Source: Chlorokybus atmophyticus (taxonomy: Eukaryota > Plantae > Mesostigma and Chlorokybus algae). From it: a DNA stretch of 64,000 bases. A model generated the notes under the pieces. The model saw nothing but the letters and a program-made list of their open reading frames with translations, did no database searches and was not told the DNA's origin. The position numbers and the translations under genes were made by a program. The DNA is taken from contig RHPI01001946.1 of NCBI GenBank assembly GCA_009103225.1, positions 62,001-126,000 of the forward strand, in the 5' to 3' direction. Within the stretch, counting starts at the first letter, position 1; each line of letters begins with the position of its first letter. This document shows, piece by piece, positions 23,800 through 35,699 of the stretch.

Positions 23800-25460
23800 G
23801 TGCAAAATCACATTTTCGCAGCAGAAGAGCCGTGCTCAGAAGGGCACACGAAGGTCTACCTAAGCTCTTTAATCAATCATAATATGCGTGGAGTGCACGA
23901 TAAAGCGAACGCAAGTCAATTATGGCAAGAAAAAACAAGGAAACAGCAAAACTACACACGCGTGTATCAGTGCTGGGGACCATTGGCCAAGCAAATGAGC
24001 ATGCCAAGTTGAGTGTGCAAAGTTTATGCTTACACAACTAACCAACTGGTGTCAATGCTCATCTCTCTAGAGATCTATGCCGCTGTAGTATGATGCCCCC
24101 ACCGTCACACCTACATGTACCTAAAAGTTAATGATGAGCTGTGTGTGCGATGCCAAGAGGATGAGCGTGAGAAGGCTTACTACTCGGGCAGCAACGCTAA
24201 CCACATGTGAGCGCGCAATTAATGCAAGACACCAATCAAACACACAAAAGCGACATGCAAGGCAGAAGCAGTTAGTACAGGGGTATGAAACGATCGGAAA
24301 ACCGCGGTCAAACAAAATATGTCGTCGATAATGTGCAGGGAGGTTGTAGTTTTGAGTGAAACCCTTGAAATAGTTAGCAAAAATCCCATAAAACCTTTAA
24401 CAATCAAGATTCCACAACAACTGTGCACACAGTAAGAAAAGCAGCATTATATGTCACACAAGTGCAAAATCATCTATTTGCACTCAAAGTGCCGTACTCA
24501 GAAGGGCACAAGGAGTTCTATTTGAAATTTTAACTTGAGTGAAGTGCACGAGAAAGCGCACGCAAGTCAATTTTGGCAAGAAAAGAAAAAAGAAACAAGC
24601 AGAACTATCCACACGTGTTACTATGAGCTATTGTTCAAGTGGGTGCGTATGCAATGGTGAACATGCAAGGAAAGTGTGAGCACACTCAACAAACTTGTAC
24701 AAGCTCATTTGCTGTGCCGCTGAAAAACAATGCCCTTGCGGTCACACCGACGTGTACCTTGCCAATGGCCAGTGTGGGTGATGCCAAGAGGAAGAGTGCG
24801 AAGACCTCGGAGGTTAAAGCAATGCGCAAACCTATTACGAACGGGGTCCCAACATGTCGATGTCAGGTGTTATGGAATAGAGTAAAACAAGTCATTAAAG
24901 CATAGCAACCTACACTTACTGGTTCGCAGGGCGCCTATGCAAAGTGGGACACATAGAACAATCCGTGGCCACAGACTCCTGCAGGCGGGGGTGCATGGCT
25001 CAGATTATACAAGACAACAAGGAGGGTGTTGAGAGCGCAAATGCACCACATGTGGCGAAGAGAAAGATGATTTCAACTATGTGTCTACCTCTCCCACCAT
25101 GTGTAAGACATGCGAACTACTCACCAGCGGGAATGACACCCCAACGACGTGGTGCATCGCCTCGCCTGCCTGTGCGGAACGCGCACATGGTACGCATTCA
25201 AGTCTCGCATAATGTACCACTCAAACACATTAGAGAAAGAACAATTCAACTGTTGAGGTCTAGCTACTCCTTCTTCATAGAGTGGATGCAAGGTCAGTCG
25301 TATAAGTACGGAGGGGGCATGACATGGGACAATCAAGGAGAGTTGTAGCATGTAGACCACGAAGTGCCCATCCGCATTTTTGACCTGGTCGTGAAGGAGC
25401 AGCTGCAGCGTGAAAAATGCTCAACTACAAACCTGCAACCCTTGTTGCACCAAGCGGCAT
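23800..25460 (+). pseudogene. Spliced Cys/His-repeat + HNH endonuclease gene, copy C (opposite orientation, 3' truncated)
   Basis: EPCSEGHTKVYL; CPHRHTYMYLKVNDELCVRCQEDERE; PYSEGHKEFYL; LCKVGHIEQSVATD; RKCTTCGEEKDDFNYVSTSPTMCKTC; RTIQLLRSSYSFFIEWMQGQSYKYGGGMTWDNQGEL*HVDHEVPIRIFDL; NLQPL. Confidence 0.8.
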
Positions 25461-26096
25461 GCGAGCATGCGTTATTGAATAATTAATGCGAGCATTTTCA
25501 TGCATGCATTGCACATGTATAATGCATGCAATAAAAATGCCGTGCATATAACATTTCAAGAAAAAATTCATCAACAAATTCTACGCTCTCTCGCATCGTT
25601 GTGCTCAATATAAACACTTTCCTTACTCATTGATGCACCGTACATTGACTCCATTCGGAATGCATGCGTGTGCATGCTTTATGGTTGATTCATAGGCAGT
25701 ATTGTGCTTCCCTTACTGCCAGATATGCCCTTGCCCCAACTTCAGGGCCATTTTGCACCGCGCGTCACCAGCAACCAACCAAGTGATGCGCGATGCGTAA
25801 TGGCACTGATATCGGGGCGGGGGCATTTCTGTGGCGGTAAAGTAGCGGAAAGGGTTTATGTGAACCATTATGTGAACCAAATATGCGCATTCTGGAAAGA
25901 ATGCATTATCACTTCTTTAATGCGGTATTATTCGCACATGCATAACTGCTTGTAAGCGCATGGTGCAACTAGGCCTGCAACCCATGCCCAAGAAGCATAA
26001 TTGCATGATACGATATACGATATACGAATACTTATTTTAAGTGTTCAACATCCGTATATTTTGACCAGTTAGCTCGCGTACGATTGCGAATAATGA

Positions 26097-27115
26097 TGTA
26101 ACGCCTACCACACACTTACCTGTCATGGTGTGTAGAAGACTTCAAGAAAGAACAACACTTACCAAGTGTTGTCAACAACCACCCCACACGGGAATGGGGG
26201 AGGGCTACTTGAATCGGGCTAGCCACCCCACATGCAGGAGTGGTAGAGTAAGTCCACTCGAGTTCCGTTGCCCAACATACCATTAGCAATACCCTTATGC
26301 ACTCCCACTTGCTGCCCTTCAACCTCGCGCACCAATGGTAAGGCTCCTTGCCTTTCACCTCAGCGTTGACCAACCAGGAGAAAAGGGAGTTTTATCTCTT
26401 GTCTCAGGTCTGCTACATGGCAGCACCATGTGACTATGTCACATCGATGTGACATAGCCAAGCTGTGTCACATCAGCACTGAGCAGCTCTGTGTTGGCTC
26501 ACTCATGCATTGTGCAACTTATCATGCCCAAGGCCGCATGGGCTAAAGGGCAGGCTGTGCATGAGCACACCTCACAAGCGTACGTACGTGCATAAGTACA
26601 TGCATGCGCACACGCCATAAGCACTTACACACGCTTATAAAATGAAAAATCCCACTTGGTCCCTTCTTACCAACATACGTAGTAGGAACAGAGAATGGTT
26701 TTTGCCAGCCTTACAGGTGTGACATTCCTCCCCACTTGCTCGCCAACGACCGCGTTGAAACATATGGAACACTTGTATCGCACAAGCCGGATGTGGGTGA
26801 TGATCACCCTCATATTGGGGATTAAATCCCGAATCGGCGGCTGCACTCCATGTAAACATAGTGCGAGTCGTGGGAGTGACAACCAACTATGATGCTAACC
26901 ACTAATGCGCGCGATGTTGGTATGTTACATAAAGAGGTTGTGGGATGGTGCACATGTGCCTGCAACCTTGCATTTGGCAGAACAGTTGCCAAGCTGATCG
27001 GCTCCCAGGCGTTATGTCTCTTCCCTATAACCAAGCCACTTATTCAGTTTAAAACTTTGTTTACGAAGCTTTTCAAGCTTCATAAACTGCGTTGCCAACA
27101 TATCATGGCAACGAC
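26097..27115 (-). mobile_element. 3' end relic of a second chromovirus: chromodomain fragment, PPT and 3' LTR (26097-26724)
   Basis: Minus strand KWLGY(fs)HNAWEP at about 26990-27050. GTGGGGAGGAA purine tract directly before TGTCACA. The LTR ends in GTTACA and resembles 38674-39688. Confidence 0.7.
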
Positions 27116-28010
27116 TGTCACGCCCACAAAGCAGGGCGTCTGACTCTGAAGTACTTACTTATGGTAGTAAGTCAAGCTGTGTAAAGATTCCGCTTCATGA
27201 GCATGTGTAGTGCTTGAGCTTGTGAGACCTTGGGTATGATAAATTATACAAGGTAGTGATGCGGGCTAGCACAAGATTGGTCAATGCCTATGGCATGTGA
27301 ACTTATGTTAGTATATTGTGACTTGCCAAAGGAAGTGGCCATTGCAAGACGGTGAGCCGAGTTGGCAAACCACAAGACCGGTACTGTGGTAGTGCAATTT
27401 GCCATTGATGTAACAGTCGCATGGCAAGTGGTGCATGTGGGCAACTCGCAAGTACATGTGTAACTAGGGGAGCCTGCGTTTATGATTCCGAGGTAGGAAT
27501 GTTACTCATACAGTAACCTAAGGTGGTTTAATACTTCCGAGCTGGAGTTTGTTGGTTGCAATGTTGGAACAAGGTCAGCGCATAGTGACAAGGTTTGTGC
27601 CTAGGACATCCTGTACATGTGTGCCAGATCGGGAGAGCAGCATGTGGTATGCATGCTAAGTTGCATCCTTGGGTTGGGGTCAAGACACCAGCGTGTGTTC
27701 ACCACTCGAGGGCCACTTGTGCGTGAGGTGCCTAGTTGTTAGCTGATGAAGGGGCTCTCCCCCTCATCCCTTGTGGGGTGTGGTGTTGTGGGGTTGTGCG
27801 TATGTTGAACGTGTTCACGAGTGCTTGTCAGTGGGGGTGGAGCTGTGTGGAGAGGTTGGTGGTGATCACCTTTCTTGGTGCGCTGCTGCAACTTCCCCTG
27901 CAGGCTGCACCGTCACGGCGTGGTGCTGGTGGGACTTCCGCCGTAAGTTTTTGTGCTTGTGCATAAGTTTGCCAAGCCCTGAGCAGCAAATAGGTTGTGG
28001 TATTATTGCA
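27116..28010 (+). mobile_element. LTR of the second family, inserted in opposite orientation; no TSD recognisable
   Basis: Starts TGTCACGCCCACA. 27700-27990 is the reverse complement of about 38690-39000 (LGKLMHKHK segment shared). Followed by TCAGAG, a possible PBS remnant. Confidence 0.65.
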
Positions 28011-28321
28011 TCAGAGTTTGTTATATTTTTGCCGGCGATGGACAGCAACTTCTTTGGCAGCGCGGGTGTCAAGGAGCGTGAGGCCCGCGTGTGCAACAAG
28101 CTGGTGTCTCGGCGGCACCGCGGCATGGCGCACGATATCGGACGCTCTGACAACATCATTGAAGACCAACCAAACTTGCCTTGAAGGCCAGTTGGCTGGT
28201 CTTTAGTGATGTTGTATGCGGCACTTACCTTGGAGGCAAGTGCAGCATATACACGTTAATCATGAATTGATGTACGCCATCTACCATATGTGTATGTACT
28301 GCTGTTTGCAATGACACGTAT

Positions 28322-28360
28322 GACTAATCCTGGCGACTAATCCTGGCGACTAATCCTGGC
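28322..28360. repeat. 13-bp tandem repeat, 3 copies, followed by mixed CA/TG/CG low-complexity tracts
   Basis: GACTAATCCTGGC three times exactly. Confidence 0.95.
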
Positions 28361-29269
28361 GCGCGTGCATGCGAGCATGCACGCGCGCACGCATGCACAT
28401 GAACACGCGCAATCTCTCAAGCACCCACACGTGTGTGTGCATGCATGTGCGCGCACACACACGTACGTAGGCACGCACACTTGCGCGCACGCATGTACAT
28501 AAGCACGCAAGCAAAGGCATGTGCACATGCACGCACACATATGTAGAAACCAACCAACATGCATGCATGCTACAGTGGCTCAATGATGAAGCGCGGTTCG
28601 GTGTTGCTCGTGACCTGTGGGTAGCACTTACTTGTAGGATTTCTCGACGTGTGTTATGTTATGCATGCCACAGGTTGCAGGCTCGACGCTCACGGCCAAG
28701 CTATGCAACCTGTGGGCGCAAGATGCTCTTGAGAAGGCTGGCTTTGGTGGTGAACCAACAAATATTGAATTCAACAACATTCCGTGCGAACATTCATTAC
28801 TTGCCATACTGAGATGTGTGCATTAGAAATGTTGGCAGCGTGACCGTGCTGCCAGTCCCAACCGGTATGGCGATAACCCTTTGCTTCCTTGCACTGATAC
28901 AGCTACAGCCAGCTGCAAGGTACTATCATACATTCATGCTTTGGACGCAAATGTGTATGCGTGCGTGTGTGCATGCCGTAGCGTGCACGAGCGCACGAGC
29001 GCTTGCGCGCTTGTGCGTGTGCGTGTGCAGGTGTTGTTGAATGTGTTCATGGGCGCTTCTATACATGCGTGTGTGTGCGCTTGAGCGCGCCTGTGCATAA
29101 CTGCATGCGACATTGCGAGCAAATGTGCGTGCACAAGTATGTTGATGTCGGTGGTAGTGTAAAGTGGTGCTTATACTGGTCTGCACAGGTTTGAGCTATG
29201 GCCGCGAACTGACCAGACAAGCGCAGCTCTACCTGCTTAGCAAACGCATGTTAGGCCAACTACAACACA

Positions 29270-30150
29270 TCAGCTGAAAAGACTGATAAAGTTTGCGTGT
29301 TGTGAAGGCAGCAACCAAGTAGAGAACAATGTGCCAGGTGTTTCTCTATTACCAGAAACATGAAGCACCCTCATCACCGAAGGCCCTGACAATGCTGGGA
29401 TCAATGCTGTTCTCAAGTCAAGCGTTTCAACTGTTATTGCTCTATGACTACTTGATGTTGTGTGTGCCTGACAAGTGGTAGACTCGAATGTTGCCTCCTG
29501 GACAGGAATGTGTCTGGGACACGTGTCGTTGCGCAAGGTGAGAACAACACCGACTGCGGCTTAAAGCTCCAAGGCTTTAATGCTTCACATGATAGGTGTG
29601 AGTTGAGCTTTTTCGTTGTTGCTGTTGTTGTTGTGATATATGAATGATCAGCCGGTGTATCTGTAGGTATCCTGTGTGGTATTTCACACAGCAGCGGCAG
29701 CGGTTAGGACCACCAAGCAAGAAATGGAGTTGTTCCTTGATAGGCTGGGCAAGTGTTTGCATGACAGGACGCAGATGTTCAATTGAGGTTGAGAGGTGTT
29801 CTTATTTGTATTGGAGCACCTCTACACTGGACTAGTATGAGCATGGTCACACATGAACGTCACAGGGTCAACATTGAATTGCAGTCTCACTCGAGGTTAA
29901 GACAACGGCAAAGACATTGATGCATGTCTGGTTGAGCTGATGTCAAGTGCAAAGGCTTTAGGTTCAGGCACACTGCATAAGGTGTGATTGTGCTCAGCCC
30001 AGACAACAACCACAGCCGACAGCACTGACTGAATGGTAGCAAGACGCGTATTGCTGAAAGGAATATGCCGCTTATATCACGATACATGGGTGTGCTGACA
30101 TGCCTGATGCTTACTAGCATTAACACCAGTTCAAACAACAGATACACAGA
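29270..30150 (-). pseudogene. Possible degenerate leucine-rich-repeat gene
   Basis: LSGLSTITPYAVCLNLKPLHL...LCRCLNLE and VETLDLRTALIPAL...MRVLHVSGN resemble LxxLxL / CxNLxxLxL repeats. No continuous ORF. Confidence 0.35.
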
Positions 30151-30650
30151 CTAAACTTGCTACACGATGTTCACACCGTCACATACGCACATTTGCACGT
30201 GCACACACACTACAGTCTGCCTACACACCAGGTACTCACTGCCATATTAGGTGATAATTAGCATTGACACTGTTTCGGACAGGGGGGGGGGGGGCAATGA
30301 ATGTAGTAATATCAACAACTGAGATAAATATCACATCCACATACTCACTACGAGCTAACCTTGTCTAATACATGCTGACACTCGAATCTTCCAACAATTA
30401 CATCACCTGGCAGCGTCACAGCAGCACACACAGTACTTTCCCACTCTCGCTGTAGTCACACATCAGAGCTGATCACTATCCCATGCATGGAGGTTGCAAA
30501 AGGCTGCTGCCACTTCGGTTGTCAGCATTTACTTACAACTGTGCTTTTGGCATACTGTCCACAAACGCAACTCTACAAACCCACTATGCTCCACTCTGCC
30601 AATGACAGATCAGCCAACATTACTTACTCAGAAACTTCTAAGTGCTAACC

Positions 30651-31357
30651 TTAAACGTTGAGGCCCTGCTACGTCTGGATGGACAAGGCGAACTGCGCCT
30701 TGAGGCCCTTGTTAGCGTTCATGGCCTTCGTCCTGCAGCCGGGGATGGTGGCAACAATGTTGACTGCGAGCGTGTCTACAGCGGCCTCAAGGGTCTGCAA
30801 GACAGCAGCCACAGGCTGGCCAATAAAGGGAACCTCAGAGAAAAGTCCACCCCTGTCGATGAGGACGCCCAGGAGAGCCTGGTGAATATGGATAAACTCA
30901 ATGAGGGCGTCGCAGACCACACCTTGCTTGTCGGCGTGGTAGGCAGTAGCGCCCACGAGGCTCTGCAGTCAAAACATGTCCCAAAAAAACGCGAGCTTGA
31001 TGCTGAGTCTCCAAGCATGCAGACAGTAGTTACAACACTCACATGCACCCACACATGCAGCCTAAGACACACACCCACACTTACCACAGCCACGTTGACG
31101 CCAGTGTTGGTGATGGTGATGAAGCGTCAGATGATCTCAGGGAAGGGTCCCTGGCCAAGGGGGTCGTTGACGGTGGTAATGGTCTCAGCGATGGAACGGA
31201 TGGCGCGGGACTGCGCGGTCAGGGTCTTGATGGATGCGGCCAGGTTGGCAGCAGTGGGGAGGTTAGCGCCTGTACAGCTGCATGCTGTGTGGGCGTCAAC
31301 CGCCACCACAGCGAACAGCATCATGCAGAGGACGGCGACAGCCATCTTGGAAGCCAT
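30651..31357 (-). pseudogene. Fungal UVI-1-like secreted protein, copy 1 (two exons, two in-frame stops)
   Basis: Signal-peptide-like MASKMAVAVLCMMLFAVVAVDA; LGQGPFPEII; FIHIHQALLGVLIDRGGLFSEVPFIGQPVAAVLQTLEAAVDTLA. Intron 30963-31084 (GT..AG, phase 0). TGA at 31127-31129 and TAG at 30669-30671. Confidence 0.8.
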
Positions 31358-33051
31358 CTCGGCTCCCTCTTTAACAACTGATGCACAGACAGATACAAGC
31401 AGTGAGTTTGGATTGGGTGTGCAGCATGCACTGGCAGCTGATGTGACAATGTGAGCAGTGCGTCAGCAACAGCTGCAAGAGGAGGGACATGCGTATGTGG
31501 ATGCAACAGGCAACACTTGATATGCGTCTCGTGCGCCAGACACACATGTGCAACACTTGCACCCAACCAACATGTTCAACAGGCAGCATTCACCAAGCAA
31601 TGCATGTACCGTAAACTGCACACACTAAGCGATGATAAAAGCGAGAAAGCGTACCAAGCCAGTAAGGCACACCTGCTTGCTGTAGCGGACTCTCACATCG
31701 GCGCTTGAATCTGCTCGGCAACGCCTACCAACACTGGCGACTCTCGCATCTATACATACTTATGTGTGTACATGTATGTGGTATACTTCTCCACACCCTT
31801 CATCTTATTTCCTACAGAAAGAGAGGCGGCATCATTGAACTTCCGCCGCCCCTTCCCCGTCTACCTTCCTGCCTTGGTGGCTGGCAAGCACGCAGGGCGA
31901 GCATGCAGTCACGTAAGAAGCGTGAGGCACATGCGTTGAGGTAAATTTGTTCCTTTTTCAAGTGGCTACACGGTGATCCACTTAGGGAACGATCTGTGTA
32001 GCCACATAAAAGCAGTGAGCCCGACACTCTCTTACAGTGATACTGTACGAGAGTGTCGGGCTCACTGCGAGCCAAGGTACGCCGCTACAAGTCGCGGCTG
32101 TCTGACTCGCGATTGCATCATGAGGCAGCGCGCAGCCATCCTGCTAATTCTGCAGCAAGTCAATAATGCCTACCCATACTACATTATCCTTAAAGTATTG
32201 CGCGCTGTTGGCGTCCCGGAGTTTACGTGCGTGACGTTACCACCGGCGTGCCTGCTTATATGGTGCGCCTATTGCGATGGTGGCCTTTGCGGTGCAGGCG
32301 GCTCCAGCCAGGTGGCCTGGTATTCTTGACCACTCACAGCACTAACACTGACAGTTTGTAAGTGAGACGAGCGTGTCAGATTTTGGCTCTCGTACTCTGA
32401 CAGCAGCTACGTTGCGCGCCCTTTATAGACAGCATTTTTCGATTGAAGTTTTCTTCGTGAGATGCGCGCCATCTGAGAACAGGCGACGGCCTCGCCGCAC
32501 ATGACGACTTTCTCGCAATTTTCTGGTGTGCTTGAGGCATGTCAAACCGCGATGTGTGTGCTTGTATGTTTGCGGCGGTTGGCCCGCCCACCGCAAACAC
32601 AGCACCGCAAGATTGCATGACAAAAGCAGGACTTGAGTATGGCGAAGAAAGTGTGCTTCCCAAAGGCAGCGGAAGCTCAATGATGCCCCTCTCCCCATAG
32701 GAAGTAATGGGGAGAGTGTGAAGGGCATAGAGAGGTATACCTCATACATGCACACACATATATAGGCGGGAGAGTCGGCAGCGGTGGTAAGCGTTGTCAT
32801 ACGGTGGCCGACGCTGCTGTGAGCGTACCAGTCTGCAAACAGGTGTGCATTAGTCACTTGGTACGCTGCGCTCCCTCAGTTGCATCCCTGTTTGGTGTGT
32901 TCAGTCTGTGGCATATGCTTTGGTTGATGAATGCGGCTTTGTGCCTGGCGCATGTGATGCATGTCGAATGTTGCCTGTAAGATGAAGTTATGTTGTGTCA
33001 GCTGTCAACGACAGTCAAGACTGACCCCTACACTCTGTTAATTCAGATACG

Positions 33052-33911
33052 ATGGCTCAGAAGCAAGTCATGCTGGGCGCTGCCCTCTGCTGCCTGCTGC
33101 TGTCTGGCATGGCAGCGTCAGTGGCAAACGCCCAGTCATGCCCACCCTTCCCAATGCCCTCCACCCAGTCCAGCAACACCGAGCTGGCCAACCTTCTTGA
33201 TATGTTGACGAGTCAGTCGGCATCCGCACCATCGCAGAAGAAGCTTACTATCATCAACGGCCCTCTCCTGCTCATCGGCCAGGGCCCCTTCGTGCAGTTC
33301 CTCTCGGCATGATTGCAACCACCGGAGCTCAGCTCGCTGTGGTAAGTAGGAGCTGTTACAAGCTGTGCGGTGCTGTGGTCAATGCATCTGTGCCGTGTCG
33401 CGCATGTGCGAGTGTGTTGGTGTTGGTTGTTGTCTTTTTTTCTTTTATTTTGCCTGCAAGAATTTAGATGTATGTGTTGATTGTTGTTTTGGTTTCTGAT
33501 CCTGTCTCACATCTTGCGCATGCATGTGCATGTGTATCTTATCAATCGACTTACATTCCCTCCGCTCTCAACTATTGTGTTGACATGATGCAGAGGCTGG
33601 TTGGCTCTGTGGCCTACCCCGCAGCTGACCAGACTGTAGTGTGCAAGTTCTCAATCCAGTTCATCAAGATGCACGAGACCCTTCTCAATGTCCTCATTGG
33701 CAAGGCTGGCTTGCTCGCCACTGTCCCCCTCATCGGTCAGCCCGTGGCCGCCATTCTGCGCACAGTCGAAGCCGCCGTTGATACGCTGGCCTTCAGGATT
33801 GTGGCCCTTATCCCAGGCTGCAAAGCTGATGTCATGAGGGCCAAGTCAGGACTCAACGGCTTGGACATCACCTTCGCCCAGGCTATTACCTCCTACAGCG
33901 GTGCCAAGTAG
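33052..33911 (+). pseudogene. Fungal UVI-1-like secreted protein, copy 2 (two exons, apparent frameshift near 33300)
   Basis: Signal-peptide-like MAQKQVMLGAALCCLLLSGMAASVANA; TIINGPLLLIGQGPF; FIKMHETLLNVLIGKAGLLATVPLIGQPVAAILRTVEAAVDTLAF. Intron 33342-33593 lies at the same position and phase as in copy 1. Confidence 0.8.
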
Positions 33912-35570
33912 GCTGCTTTTTGTGGAGAGATCTTCTGTAGGTCTTGGAGTAACAGTGGGGTATCTATAAGAGAAAAGGCGTAAAATGGTTTGTTGCTTTT
34001 TGTCTCTGTGTAGAGTTGACAGGAGTAGTGTTTATGGTTGAACATTATTAGTGCTTTTACGAGGTTGTGTGCAGCGATGTGCTACAACCCGAGTCAATGA
34101 CAATGACTTATGCATATGTGTTTAGTAATGCTTGCGAGATGAGTGTATGCAACGGGTCAGATGAGTTAAAGGGTGATCCACCTGTCTTGTCGAGCCACTT
34201 GCATGGACGTTGTCGGCGGTTATCGTCTAATAGTGTCTGTGTATGTATGCGTTGGCATGTTGGCCAGGAAGGTAGACCAATTAACTGTCTTGTCGCGATA
34301 GTATTGAAACAATCAATGGGTGAATCCAAGCACTATGCATGCCTGTCACCTGTCTGCAAAGGAGAGTGGGGTACTGAACATGAGCATATGTTTGCGTGAG
34401 TACTGAGCACGTCGTATGTGCACATATAAGAAAACATTGCAACTATGCACTAGAGTTACGTGCTATTTGTCGCTTCGTGTGTGTATGTGTGCGTAAATGC
34501 ATGTGCGTGCGTCTCGCTGACTACATGCACATTGCATATGAACTACCATTCTGCTCAGTCCCAAAGCCAATTGCTATTCCTCAACGTATGATGCATGTAG
34601 CATTGCAACTGATTACGACAGTAAACCACACAGCAAAATCTGATTACAACAAAGTCAGCAAACCAGCACGCTAGACAACCAGCAAGAAATCGTCACACTG
34701 AAGTACATTACAGTTCTTATACATTCATGTTGCAATGCGTTCTCAACCTGCATATAAGCACTCATTATGCCTGAGCATATGCTTTACCAGGTGCACACAT
34801 ATATACTACTTGTTGACCATGTGCTGCTACCAACATGTTAGTGCAACACACGCAGCCAATCACCTGCTGACATAGTCGAGAGTACTCTGCAACATATAGC
34901 GCAGACACTTTGTGGCAGTTTGTTTCGGCAAAAGGTGCCACGTAGTTGCTGCTGTTACTTATGTCGTACTGCTTCTGGAAACCAACCACTTCTCCAACCA
35001 CCCTGCTGTACAGACTATATCTCCATTGTTCAGGGACTGCGCATGGCTGACATACCATTGATGCGCAAGCAACTGCAACAAAGTTTACTTTGGCGCAGAC
35101 TCCTCAGGCTGCTGCGTAAATGCGGTCTCTGCCTTTGTGTCCTCCGGGATTGACGTGTTCTAGGCTTGTGATGGCTTCGTGGGCAATGTTGGAGCCTATA
35201 GCAAAAACCGTTCTTGGTGACCATATCAGCCAACTAGCATTGCGATCAAATTAACATTGTCGATGCTGCGACATATTCTCAAAAATAAGGGTTGACCACT
35301 GCAACACGACTGGTTATGACAACACCAGAAACAACAACAGAAAGAACAACACGCCGGCACTCAGGACTGTTCCAAGCAGCACTGCGTTGAGCATGGGTGG
35401 GGAGTTGTCCTGCAACAGGAATGCGGGTGAGCTCCACACTGCTGGCAACAGCCAGAAACAGCACACCCAACAATTCCTCACCGCTCTCGGCTCAACGCAA
35501 TGCCAAATCTCTGGCTTGACTTCACTTGGGTTGAATTGAGTCTGCACCCTTCGAGAGTTTGAGAGAGTTC

Positions 35571-35572
<2 letters not shown>

Positions 35573-35654
<82 letters not shown>
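35573..35654. repeat. (GA)n microsatellite, about 40 units
   Basis: Direct reading of the sequence. Confidence 0.98.
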
Positions 35655-35659
<5 letters not shown>

Positions 35660-35699
35660 AAGGTAGAGCCGAAGCTCAGCTCCACCTTCTGCCGTTGAA

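Noticed and set aside
28337-29200. Many Cys/His/Ala-rich ORFs here and at 18261-18690, 39225-39700 and 50025-50600
   Set aside because: Translations of CA/TG/TA low-complexity tracts or intron microsatellites, open on both strands.
30642-31454. 270-aa plus-strand ORF
   Set aside because: Antisense shadow of the UVI-1-like gene. It reads through that gene's intron and has no motif.
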